64,000 nt of DNA, taken from contig JBIOXB010000063.1 in assembly GCA_044869275.1 (NCBI GenBank), positions 15,303-79,302 on the forward strand, read 5' to 3'. Source of the DNA: a bacterium (GTDB lineage: Bacteria > Zhuqueibacterota > Zhuqueibacteria > Zhuqueibacterales > Zhuqueibacteraceae). A program made the position numbers and the translations under genes. The stretch's first letter is position 1. Every line of letters starts with the position of its first letter. Below, in pieces: positions 29,151 through 38,316 of this stretch. The notes beneath the pieces were generated by a model, which was not told the origin of the DNA, ran no database searches, and worked only from the letters and a program-made list of their open reading frames with translations.

Positions 29151-30536
29151 TTAGAAAGTATGTCCCAAAGCAATGTGAAAACGGAAATCGTCGCGGTCAA
29201 GCGGGTAGGCGAAATCGCAGCGCAACAATCCGATGACGGGCAGTTTCAAACGGAAACCGTAACCGGCCGACATAAAGAGCTCTTTTCCGGTTTCCGTATT
29301 TTCGAAATCGTTGATGTGGCCGGCGTCAAAAAACAGCGCCGCGCTCAGGGAAGGATTCTGCGGCGCACCGGCGAGAGGGAAACGCATTTCGATTTGGCCG
29401 AGCGCCATGTCAGTGCCCCAGCCCAGCGGCGTCAAGCTGCGCTCGGCATAGCCGCGCACGGAATAAGCGCCACCGAGGTAAAAACGCTCATAAAACGGCG
29501 CCGTTTCCGAAACGCGGCCGGCTTTGGCACGCACTGCCAGCACGTTTCTACCGAAAGCGCGATAGCCGCGTGCGTCAAAAATGTAGCGGCTGAAATCGTT
29601 GAAATCAGGCCCGGAATTTTTGAAGGTGCTTTCAAATTGCATGGCAGCCCACAATCCGTGGCGCGGAAAGGCGGGGTGGTCGCGGGTATCAAGCTGCAAG
29701 CGCAAAAATGCACTATTGCTTTTTGCGCGCGGCTCGGTCACCAGCGGCGGTGGCAGAGCGGTAATCGTGCTGTCCGTCGCAGCCAAACGCACCTCCGGCG
29801 CAGGCGTCCACGTGTTGAAATTGAGCCCAAGAGAGACATAGCGCGACCAGCCGCGATGGCCGGAGAACGCCAGCAGCAGATTGTCGTTCTGGACTTCCTG
29901 TATCGCTTCTTCGCTGTCTATATAATGAATAAAATTCTGATTGAAGGCTCCCAGCTTCAACTGGAAATCCAGGTTCGATCCGAACAGCTCTTGCTCGCGA
30001 TAATGCCAGTAGAAGCCCACGGTGCGGTCGGCGAAGATGAAGCGGCCGCCGCCGATGCCGCCGCCGCCGAAGAGATTGTCGAAGCGCACGCCGATCGGGA
30101 TCAAATACCAGCCTTCCAGCTCGCTGAAACCGCCGGCGATTTCCAGCCAGGGCCAGCGGCGCTCCTCGATTTCGATCACCATCACCACCTGGCCCGGCGC
30201 GCTGCCCGGCTTGGAGCTGAATTCGACGCGCTTGAAGAAATTGGTGGCCACGAGCGCGTCGTAATTCTGCGCGATCATTTCCGGCGTGATCGCCGCGCCT
30301 TCTTTCATGTTCAAATAGCGGCGAATCACCTGCGGTTTGGTTTTGGTCGCGCCCTGGATTTCGATGCGCTCGATGATGAGGGCTTGGTGGACCGTTTGAA
30401 TGGAGTGGGAGACGGGGAGACTGGGAGAAGGATGCGGCGCAGGCGTTTGCTGCGCGAAAGCCATCAAAGCTGGAATGATGAAGATAGTTATGAATTCCAG
30501 CAAGAAGATGTTTCTTTTTCGTTGCAATAAGTTCAT
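29151..30536 (-). CDS. Omp85-family (BamA/TamA-like) outer-membrane protein with one POTRA domain.
   Basis: Signal peptide plus a POTRA-like segment (IERIEIQGATKTKPQVIRRYLNMKEGAAI). The C-terminal beta-barrel ends ...FRFHIALGHTF (terminal aromatic). The stop lies 4 nt from the DUF4390-like start. Confidence 0.75.
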   Translation of the reverse strand: MNLLQRKRNIFLLEFITIFIIPALMAFAQQTPAPHPSPSLPVSHSIQTVHQALIIERIEIQGATKTKPQVIRRYLNMKEGAAITPEMIAQNYDALVATNFFKRVEFSSKPGSAPGQVVMVIEIEERRWPWLEIAGGFSELEGWYLIPIGVRFDNLFGGGGIGGGRFIFADRTVGFYWHYREQELFGSNLDFQLKLGAFNQNFIHYIDSEEAIQEVQNDNLLLAFSGHRGWSRYVSLGLNFNTWTPAPEVRLAATDSTITALPPPLVTEPRAKSNSAFLRLQLDTRDHPAFPRHGLWAAMQFESTFKNSGPDFNDFSRYIFDARGYRAFGRNVLAVRAKAGRVSETAPFYERFYLGGAYSVRGYAERSLTPLGWGTDMALGQIEMRFPLAGAPQNPSLSAALFFDAGHINDFENTETGKELFMSAGYGFRLKLPVIGLLRCDFAYPLDRDDFRFHIALGHTF

Positions 30537-30696
30537 GAAACAGAATCTAGTGAAAATATACCACACTGTAGCTTCATAGCCGCTGTCGACTGCGCGAATT
30601 TGACCTCAAATGGCCTATTTTGTTTGTGTTGTTCGGATGACAAAACAGGTTTCATCACATTTTTGCTATTTTCATGCCAAAAAACATGTTGAGACT

Positions 30697-31197
30697 TTAC
30701 TTTTTCATCCGCCTCGTGGTCTTGCGTTTTCTCTCATAGGCTGCCCGAGGATCAGCAACTTTCTGCAGGCTTCCGCTCTCTGCAGAAAGTCTGTAGGTGC
30801 TCAAAGCCTTCTTCCGCGACTTGGCAATGGCTTCTTCCTGTAGAATGTCGTCCAAATACCACCACCAATGGGAGCGGTCGTAACGGCCTTCACGATAACG
30901 ACGAAGCATCCCCTTGCCGGAACCAAGCAGAAGTAATGCTGCCGCTCTGATCTCACGATCAAGTTTTGCCAGGTCCCTCTTTTGAGATTTATCGAGTGCC
31001 TGTGGCGCGTTTTCCAAGATATTTTGCAGCTCACTGCGATGCCAAAGTAACGCATGGACATCGTCAGAAACGTCGAGAATAGCATCCTCTGCTGAAGGCG
31101 GAATCGTTCCCGGTAGGAAGTCAGTCAACCAGGACAGAAGACACGTCGCGCGTTTATGAAGAGCTTGCTTTGAGTTTTTTGGTGAGCGCATATTCAT
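30697..31197 (-). CDS. Hypothetical protein (166 aa) in a ~50% GC islet, immediately downstream of the DUF4258-like gene.
   Basis: ORF with a basic C-terminal tail. No motif. TAG-ATG adjacency with the upstream gene. Confidence 0.35.
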   Translation of the reverse strand: MNMRSPKNSKQALHKRATCLLSWLTDFLPGTIPPSAEDAILDVSDDVHALLWHRSELQNILENAPQALDKSQKRDLAKLDREIRAAALLLLGSGKGMLRRYREGRYDRSHWWWYLDDILQEEAIAKSRKKALSTYRLSAESGSLQKVADPRAAYERKRKTTRRMKK

Positions 31198-31530
31198 CTA
31201 CCATGGTGACCAAATGAGTTCGATCTTTGCTTGCCTTAATAAGTAGTTGAGACCGGCATTTGCGATAAAACCTGTTTTTACGTAGGTTGGGTACGTGTCC
31301 GGACTCCAGGCTACAAAAACATTGTTGCGCGGGTTTAGAAATGCAATTGTTCTCCCCTCAGTTTCATATTGTCCAACGTAGCTGTGCTTGCTGATAGTCT
31401 TTTCCGCCTCTTTCATTGTCACACCATGTCTCTGCAATTTGAGATGAAGAAGATGATGGAATCTTCCCAGAGCAAAGTCGCGCTTGACATTATCGATTAA
31501 CTCGTCAATCTGCGCTTCCGTCCACGACAT
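31198..31530 (-). CDS. DUF4258-like small protein (putative toxin-like).
   Basis: HHLLHLKLQRHGVTMKEAEKTI...GRTIAFLNPRNNVFVAWSPDTYPTYVKTGF fits the DUF4258 pattern H..eR..eRgI..e.....i......gR........v.vV.....vit.f. Assignment from memory, not verified. Confidence 0.4.
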   Translation of the reverse strand: MSWTEAQIDELIDNVKRDFALGRFHHLLHLKLQRHGVTMKEAEKTISKHSYVGQYETEGRTIAFLNPRNNVFVAWSPDTYPTYVKTGFIANAGLNYLLRQAKIELIWSPW

Positions 31531-31594
31531 TTACTTTCTTTCTCCCATTTTCCCTCTCACCCACTCGCCCCGTTCTCCCTGTTATCTCCCTCTC

Positions 31595-34327
31595 TCATTT
31601 CTCCCCTAGACGCTCCAACGCCGCCAGCGCCTCTGGTACGTGCTCGCCCCAAGGGAAGCGGTCGAGGTATTCTTGATAACGCTGGCGGGCTTCGGAGGTG
31701 CGGCCAGCGGCCTCAAGGGCGTGGCTAAGTTTGAATATATAACGCGATAAGCGGAAAGGTCGCTGCTCGAGTTGAATACCAATCTTATATTCCGCTATCG
31801 CGTGTTCAGGTTGATTGAGATTTTCAGAATAAATGTCTGCTATACTAATGTGCGGTCCCGCGTACTCCTGATCGAGAGTAATAGCTTTTTGAAATTCTTC
31901 TAATGCAGCCTCGTAGTCGCCTTTTCTTAGCAAAGTGACCCCGAGATGGGCATGTGCCCACTCCAAATCTTCCTTTAATTCAATCGCTCGGCGTAAACAA
32001 ATTTCTGCTTCTTTAGAGTTTCCTAAATCATTGTAAGCCCTACCCAAGTTTCCCCAAAGCCATGCTTCATTGGGTGCTAATGTTAGACACTTCATACAAT
32101 GCTCGATTGAGATTTCAGGATTTCTGGCCTGTCGAAATGCCCAAGCAAGTAATCCTCTTAACTCAAAATCAACTGGGTTCTCATTTACTAAAGGCTCAAG
32201 AAATAAAATTGTTCTCTCTGAAAGCCGCAGACCAATGAGAAATATGGCAAATACGCTAAATGCTTTCGCCTTCTGACTATACACACGTTCAAAAAGCACT
32301 GGCAGTGCTCTGGTATCGGTTTTGCATTCAAGTGATAAAACGACAAGCATTTCTTCATATACTTTTCCAAACCATGCACTTTCTAAATCCTTGCTTAACT
32401 TTTGAATGAGAATTATGACCAATACATCAACAAATTTTCGATCAATTTCTTTCGCATAAACTGCACACTTCGCCGCCAGATACGGATCCCTCTTCATCAC
32501 CTCCCTCACCACTTCCGTCGCATTATCAAGCAACCCGCACACAAACACCAAAACTTCCGCCCATTCCGGATCGCCCACATGCTTCAGCACATATTCCAAG
32601 GATTGATGCAACGCCACTTCCCGCGCAAAGAAATACTCCTGCACAGCTTGATGAAAGAATCCCGTCTGCCCGGCACTTTCGCGCAACAGGCCGTGATAGA
32701 GAAATTCGCGATTGAGTGCCGCAACATTGAGATTGTCAGGTGCCTCTTTCTTGTTTTGCAATTCAGCGAGACGGGCAGACATCGCGGCGGCAGCCTCGTC
32801 CGCCGAAAGCAATGTGCGGCTAGTGCCCAGCCGCCATGCCAGCGCCGAGAGAATCTCCTTTTCTACGCGCACCGAGCCTGCGCCTTTCACGCGCGCCCAT
32901 TCGCTCAAATAGCGGTCGATAAAACGGTCAAAAAGCTGGGCGCGGTTTTGGGGCGGGTCGTCGCCAGCGCGCAGCTCATCGGCGAGCATCGTGAGCATGA
33001 GTGGATTGCGGCAAAGGTCGCGGGTGTATTCGTCCAGGCCTTTCCATGCAGCTTGCGCTTGGTCCGCACCGATTTCAATCTCTAGAACTTTGGAGGCATT
33101 GAAGCTGCCCAATCGCTCCAATTGAAATGTCACAAATTCGTGACGCAACTCGTCGCGATAGACGCCCGGCCGGCAGGTGACCACAAAGCGGTTTTGCGGA
33201 ATCTCATTGAGGAGATGGTGGATTTGATGTACGACTTCGTCATATGCCTCGCCGACTTCATTCAGTCCATCAAACAAAAGCAAACAGCCGCCGGCGGCGA
33301 GGCGCTTGCGTACGTCAACATCGTGCACGCCGCGCACGCTGGCGGTGAGGAGGCGCCAGAGGCCGTGTTTTGCATCTCCGCTGGAGATCGTGGGATACGC
33401 CGAGAGATCGAGGAAGATAGGCAGGTTGAAATCTTCCGGCTCATTCAGCCCTGGTTGCTGGCCTTCGCCGCGCCACACCGCATACTCAGCGGCCAGCTTT
33501 TTGAGCGAAGTGGTTTTGCCTGCGCCCGGCTCGCCGAGAATGAGCAAACGCGGAAACATTTTGACCGCGTTGCTCACTTTCATGTTGCGCGGCCGCTCGG
33601 CTTCCACCTCTTCGAGAAAAAGCGGGGGCAAATTGAGCGTGCGTAGGCGCAGCGGCCGAGCGGTTTTCTGTAACTCGGTTCGGCAATAGGCGAGATGTTC
33701 TGCAAAAGCGGAGAGGGGCGGTGCCTCTACCGGTCGTTCACCCGCAGTGGCCGGCCGGTGGCCGGCAGCGGGCACCAACTTCAATAACCAATCGGTAAGG
33801 TGATGCCGCAGCAGCGCGGCAAAATGCTCGGGGTCGCGATAAAGCGAGTAGAGTGCAAGATGCCCGGCTTCCACCTGTTTCTTGAACTCCAGAACTTTTT
33901 GCAATTGCGGGCCGGGATCGGTGAGAAAATCCGGATGCACCTCACGGAAATACAGCATGATCTCCGGCGCGCGCTCTTTGGCAAAGCGTTCACGAGCGAG
34001 GTTGAATTCTTCCAACGTGCCTGACTCTGCCTCACCGCTGGGCAAACCGAATCGCCGCCATAAAATGCCGAGGAATAAATCGCATTCTCGCACGAGGCGG
34101 TTGATCAATTCCTGGCTGCGCCCCATGCCGGGCGTGGCATGCGTTTCCCAGCCGACAGGCTCGAGATCGTAACCCTGTTTGTGCGCCACCGGCCGCAAGC
34201 TGAGGATTTCGTCGCGCGCTTTATCGCGCTCGGGCATGACGTCGCCGGGCGAGGCGATGAAAATTTTAAGCAATTGGATGGTTCGGCCGGGCATGGACGA
34301 TCTCAATACAAGTTCTCGTACTGCCAC
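31595..34327 (-). CDS. STAND NTPase, bacterial NLR-like: DUF4062-like N-terminal domain, NACHT ATPase, helical region, C-terminal TPR repeats.
   Basis: N-terminal LKIFIASPGDVMPERDKARDEI (DUF4062-like). Walker A GEPGAGKTT. Walker B LLLFDGLNEV. C-terminal TPRs (WLWGNLGRAYNDLGNSKEAEICLRRAIEL...). An alternative start at MPGRT is 11 codons in. Confidence 0.75.
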   Translation of the reverse strand: MAVRELVLRSSMPGRTIQLLKIFIASPGDVMPERDKARDEILSLRPVAHKQGYDLEPVGWETHATPGMGRSQELINRLVRECDLFLGILWRRFGLPSGEAESGTLEEFNLARERFAKERAPEIMLYFREVHPDFLTDPGPQLQKVLEFKKQVEAGHLALYSLYRDPEHFAALLRHHLTDWLLKLVPAAGHRPATAGERPVEAPPLSAFAEHLAYCRTELQKTARPLRLRTLNLPPLFLEEVEAERPRNMKVSNAVKMFPRLLILGEPGAGKTTSLKKLAAEYAVWRGEGQQPGLNEPEDFNLPIFLDLSAYPTISSGDAKHGLWRLLTASVRGVHDVDVRKRLAAGGCLLLFDGLNEVGEAYDEVVHQIHHLLNEIPQNRFVVTCRPGVYRDELRHEFVTFQLERLGSFNASKVLEIEIGADQAQAAWKGLDEYTRDLCRNPLMLTMLADELRAGDDPPQNRAQLFDRFIDRYLSEWARVKGAGSVRVEKEILSALAWRLGTSRTLLSADEAAAAMSARLAELQNKKEAPDNLNVAALNREFLYHGLLRESAGQTGFFHQAVQEYFFAREVALHQSLEYVLKHVGDPEWAEVLVFVCGLLDNATEVVREVMKRDPYLAAKCAVYAKEIDRKFVDVLVIILIQKLSKDLESAWFGKVYEEMLVVLSLECKTDTRALPVLFERVYSQKAKAFSVFAIFLIGLRLSERTILFLEPLVNENPVDFELRGLLAWAFRQARNPEISIEHCMKCLTLAPNEAWLWGNLGRAYNDLGNSKEAEICLRRAIELKEDLEWAHAHLGVTLLRKGDYEAALEEFQKAITLDQEYAGPHISIADIYSENLNQPEHAIAEYKIGIQLEQRPFRLSRYIFKLSHALEAAGRTSEARQRYQEYLDRFPWGEHVPEALAALERLGEK

Positions 34328-34501
34328 CTCAAGTACGGATCTTTGTGTGATTTTTTAAGCGCGTCATTCAGCAGGGGTCTGGTGTGGCACTAAGTTGACT
34401 CCCGACTTGGGTTGAGTACGAAATGCCGCACAAGATTCTTTCAGAATGACAGTGCTGGGTGTAGCATTAACCAATCGTTGTAGCGCAGCCATGACAATGC
34501 G

Positions 34502-35266
34502 TTAATCTTTCACCGCGACAAAAAGCCCTCGGTTTTTCATAAGGCCGTTTTCGAGAAATCGGGCATGAAAACCTTCTTTTGCGAGGATCTGCAAGAACTT
34601 GTCTTGATCGAACAGCGTCAAGATATGATGGTCGCTATAGTGGCGGACACCCTGCTTGGTTCCGACCAAATAGTGGAAATCAAGTATGGCAAAATCCCCT
34701 CTGCGCCGGCTGGTGTTCATGCGGGTAATTGTCACGCCCTCGTCGTTCTGCGTGAGCGAGTGAATCGCGCCGGTGGCATATCTTTCCCTGGCCACAAACG
34801 GCTCGAGCAGGAGAACTCCACCGCTCACCAGATGCCGGGAAAAATTCCGGAGCGCTTGCTGCAGTTTTGAGTAGCTATGCAAATACCCAATCGAACTAAA
34901 CAGGCAAAGCAGCACGTCAAATTTTGGGCGGAGGCGAAACAACAACATATTCCCCCTTGCCAACACAATTCCGGGGAGCTTTTTCCGCGCCAATTTAAGC
35001 ATGGCCGGGCTGAGGTCCACGCCGGTCACGGCATAGCGCGCGCGCAAGTACTTGAGATGTTCGCCAGTGCCACAAGCGACGTCCAGCAGCCTTTTGCCTG
35101 GAGATCTTTTGTGCTTGATGATCAGCCGGTGCAATTTTTCGCATTCGGCGCGATAGTCTTTCCATTGGTAAATCACATCATAATAGGGCGCGAGCCGGTC
35201 GTACATCATGTTTTGAGACTTCATCTTATTCCTGGATCGAACAGTGAGATTCGGTTTGCAGCCCAT
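34502..35266 (-). CDS. Class I SAM-dependent methyltransferase.
   Basis: LLDVACGTGEHL (motif I), VTGVDLSPAM (motif II). Confidence 0.75.
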   Translation of the reverse strand: MGCKPNLTVRSRNKMKSQNMMYDRLAPYYDVIYQWKDYRAECEKLHRLIIKHKRSPGKRLLDVACGTGEHLKYLRARYAVTGVDLSPAMLKLARKKLPGIVLARGNMLLFRLRPKFDVLLCLFSSIGYLHSYSKLQQALRNFSRHLVSGGVLLLEPFVARERYATGAIHSLTQNDEGVTITRMNTSRRRGDFAILDFHYLVGTKQGVRHYSDHHILTLFDQDKFLQILAKEGFHARFLENGLMKNRGLFVAVKD

Positions 35267-35391
35267 CCCAAAACCTTGTTATGCCATGCTGGAAACATCC
35301 CGGGAGATTCAGTATCAGCTATAGCAACAGGAACTGTACTGGATTCAACCAAGATCCCTGCCGGACGACAAGCCCGGGTTGGGCCAGGCTT

Positions 35392-37332
35392 CTAGTCAAG
35401 CGCGCGTTTCACATCCGGCACCAGCCCGCCGTTGTGCATGATGCTCGTCATCACCACCGGCAGGGGCTGGCCGTGATACGTTTTACCGTGAAGTGTCACC
35501 GTTCCGGCCTCCAGATCGACTTGCAGGGCATCACTATCACTTACGTCATGATAAAACGCCTCCTCGCGCACGATCAGAAACGGCAGCGCCTCATTCACGA
35601 GATTGCGCTTGTGAATGTAGGCAAAGCTTTTGGCGATGACCGCGCGCACCCCCGCGCCTTTGAGCGCCCACACTGCATGTTCGCGGCTGGAGCCGCTGCC
35701 CCAACCCTCGCCGGCGACGATGATGTTCTCGCCGTTCGCCACACGCTGCACAAAGTCAGGCCGAAAATGAACAAAGGCTTTTTGTCCGATATCTTTGAGA
35801 TCGGAAAGATGGCAGAACTCGCCGGCGATGATCGCATCCGTGTCGATGTGATCACCAAAGAGCTGCGCCTTGCCCGTTATCGCATGTGAGGCACCAGTCT
35901 GTGCGTGGCCATTTTTCTGAGCTATGCTCTCGCCCTGCACAGCATGAGGCATTTGATAAACCACAGCGGGCAGGTGACGTCGTGAGGCAATCAGTTTTTC
36001 AAAGCGATCACGATCGATCGTTTCAAACCAGCGGCGGGGGTCGGAAACCCTCATGTCGAATGCTGAGGCAGCCACCGTTGCGGCCGAAGCCAGCCAGGCG
36101 AGACTGCCTTTGCCCATGCGGTTGTGAAAATTACGATTCTGCGACGACAGCCAGACTTCACCCGGCTGTGCGCGATCGCTGGCGATGCCGAGGCACATGC
36201 TGCAGCCCGGCTCGTTTACGTGAAAACCGGCGCGGCGATAGACTTCGAGCAGGCCCGCGTTCTGCAAATTATTTGCGACTTCAAGGCTGCCCGGCACGAC
36301 GAGGCGGTTTGAGGTTTCTCGCGCATGACAGCCTTCGGCCATGGCCCTTTCCAAAACCAGCGCGGCCAGAATCAACTCTTCCTGGGTGGTGGTGCATGCG
36401 CCGATGAAACAACCGTCCAGTTGCTGGCCCGCGCTCTCTTGAATGCTGAAAACATTGTCGGGAGAAAAAGGCTTGGCCACTTGCGGCGCCATATTGTTCA
36501 AGTCAATGCGAAAGGTTTCGACATAATTTGCCTGCGCATCTGCCTCAAACCACCAGCCGCCCTCGCGGAATTGCGGATCGCGGCGCTGTCTCATGGTTTG
36601 CATCACCTGGCCGTCCGCCGGAAAGATGCCGTTGAGGCCGCCGAACTCCGCGGTCATATTGGCAATGGTGAAACGAAAGTCTGTAGATAACTCTTCGAGA
36701 TGATCGCCGGTGAATTCCACGGTGCGTTCCATGGCAACGGTATTGCGTCCCAGCTGGCCGAGGGTTTTGAGAATGACGTCTTTGCCGGTCAAACCGAACG
36801 GCAGGCGCCCGGCATAATGCACGCGAATCGCTTCCGGCACTTGCACCCACGAGCGCCCGAGCACCATGGCTGCGACGATGTCGGCCCCCCCGAGGCCAAT
36901 GGCCAGCGCCGCCATGCCGCCGTGTGAGCTGGTGTGTGAATCCGCGCCCAGCACAATTTCACCGGGGCGCACCAACTGCCGGAAGAATTCCGTGTGCATG
37001 ATGGTTTGATTCGCGTCGAAAAAATATTTGAGCCGCGCTTCTTGCGCAAAGCTGCGCGAAAGCCGTACGAGATTTTGCGTACGCTGGTCGTGCGCCAGCG
37101 TGCCTCCGTCGACGGTGTGATCGAGCGCGAGATAGAAGCGGTCTTTATCTGCCAGCGCCGGCCGGCCCAATGCCTCATAGGTCATGTTCATGCCGTTCCA
37201 CGCCAGCTCACTGGCGATGGTCCAATCGACGCGAACGTTTAAAATGTCTCCGGCTTGCACAAAGTCTTTGTTCCAGCTCAGGGCGTGCTGTAGCAGGATT
37301 TTTTCCGTGAGGGTCATACCTAAACTTCTCAT
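35392..37332 (-). CDS. Aconitase-family hydro-lyase with fused large (LeuC-like) and small (LeuD-like) subunit domains.
   Basis: 646 aa. The N-terminal aconitase catalytic region has Fe-S ligand cysteines (GACTTTQ, GCSMCLG). C-terminal swivel domain: GENIIVAGEGWGSGSSREHA. Confidence 0.7.
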   Translation of the reverse strand: MRSLGMTLTEKILLQHALSWNKDFVQAGDILNVRVDWTIASELAWNGMNMTYEALGRPALADKDRFYLALDHTVDGGTLAHDQRTQNLVRLSRSFAQEARLKYFFDANQTIMHTEFFRQLVRPGEIVLGADSHTSSHGGMAALAIGLGGADIVAAMVLGRSWVQVPEAIRVHYAGRLPFGLTGKDVILKTLGQLGRNTVAMERTVEFTGDHLEELSTDFRFTIANMTAEFGGLNGIFPADGQVMQTMRQRRDPQFREGGWWFEADAQANYVETFRIDLNNMAPQVAKPFSPDNVFSIQESAGQQLDGCFIGACTTTQEELILAALVLERAMAEGCHARETSNRLVVPGSLEVANNLQNAGLLEVYRRAGFHVNEPGCSMCLGIASDRAQPGEVWLSSQNRNFHNRMGKGSLAWLASAATVAASAFDMRVSDPRRWFETIDRDRFEKLIASRRHLPAVVYQMPHAVQGESIAQKNGHAQTGASHAITGKAQLFGDHIDTDAIIAGEFCHLSDLKDIGQKAFVHFRPDFVQRVANGENIIVAGEGWGSGSSREHAVWALKGAGVRAVIAKSFAYIHKRNLVNEALPFLIVREEAFYHDVSDSDALQVDLEAGTVTLHGKTYHGQPLPVVMTSIMHNGGLVPDVKRALD

Positions 37333-37584
37333 AAGCGCTACCCCGTTTGGGTTGGTTCTGCTTGCCTCTTATAAATGTGACTGCCACGAAGGTGGGAATC
37401 TCCTCGCCCCTGCGACGAAGCCGGGAAGTTTCCGCATTCGCAGGAATACCATATGAATGAATCTCCACGTCGATTTTAAACTACATATTTTTCCCGCTCC
37501 GAGCAATTGTAAATTTTTGTAGTGCGTGTTCCAGAATTCTCTTGCAGGAGCGGCTAAATTTATGCGATTTTGGGCGACGATTAT

Positions 37585-37695
37585 CTTGACAATGTTAAGT
37601 TAAAATCGCGTCCTCACAATTTGTCATCCCGAAATTTCGGGATCTTCCCTGGGTTTGTGTGCAAGCCTCATGAGAAGAGTCCTACGGAATGACAT
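37585..37695 (+). repeat. Copy 1 of a ~110-bp structured intergenic element (TTGACAA leader, then nested hairpins).
   Basis: cttgacaatgttaagttaaaatcgcgtcctcacaatttgtcatcccgaaatttcgggatcttccct...cggaatgacatg. It contains the perfect palindrome ATCCCGAAATTTCGGGAT at the position where copies 2 and 3 have GATGCCGTAGGCATC and GATGCTGTAAGCATC. Confidence 0.6.
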
Positions 37696-37815
37696 GCGCT
37701 GGGATGCGCTGACGAGACTGGCCGCACGCTCTAAACATGAGACCGAATAACACGCATGCAACTTCGCAGAATGGCGTGCGTACAGATTGGCTGACACTTG
37801 CACGGGAGGAAAAAC

Positions 37816-38091
37816 ATGTTGGAATTGATCGCGCTCTTTGTAGTCATCACGCTGGCGTACGTGGCGCTCAAAATGCTGCTGCTCATTTTCAAGGTGGGCT
37901 TTTGGGCATTGACGCTGCCGTTGCAGGTTTTGCTGGGTGTGGTCGCGGCGCTCGTCGCCGTGGTCCTGATCCTGCCGCTGGCATTGATGGCGGGATTGTT
38001 CGGGCTGGTGCTGGCACCCCTGGCCCTGCTTTTGCCGTTGTTCCCTATTCTCTTGATTGCCGGCGGGCTCTATTTGCTGCTGAAATCATGA
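37816..38091 (+). CDS. Small (91 aa) highly hydrophobic membrane protein with 3 predicted helices, heading STPK cassette 1.
   Basis: GGGAGG RBS 6 nt upstream of the ATG. MLELIALFVVITLAYVALKMLLLIFKVGFWALTLPLQVLLGVVAALVAVVLILPLALMAGLF.... Confidence 0.45.
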   Translation: MLELIALFVVITLAYVALKMLLLIFKVGFWALTLPLQVLLGVVAALVAVVLILPLALMAGLFGLVLAPLALLLPLFPILLIAGGLYLLLKS

Positions 38092-38316
38092 TTGCGATCC
38101 GGCCGGGGTGATGCTTGACATTTCTGAGAAAAATCTGTAACATTCGCCTGTCAGGATTACGCAAGAGGGCCGGACACCTCCTACCTAACTATCGCATAAA
38201 CTCGATTCCACTTTTTTCATCGTCGGCCGGGGGCCGTAACTGTCCTTTCTCACTGGACCCGGATCAAGCCCGGCGACGCCTGAGGTCTCGACCAGACACA
38301 ACAATGGGGCAGGATC

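Noticed and set aside
28878-30530. 550-aa plus-strand ORF over the Omp85 gene.
   Set aside because: Shadow of the minus-strand Omp85 gene, which has a signal peptide, POTRA and a C-terminal aromatic beta-barrel ending. The plus frame is Arg/Ala-rich with no start context.
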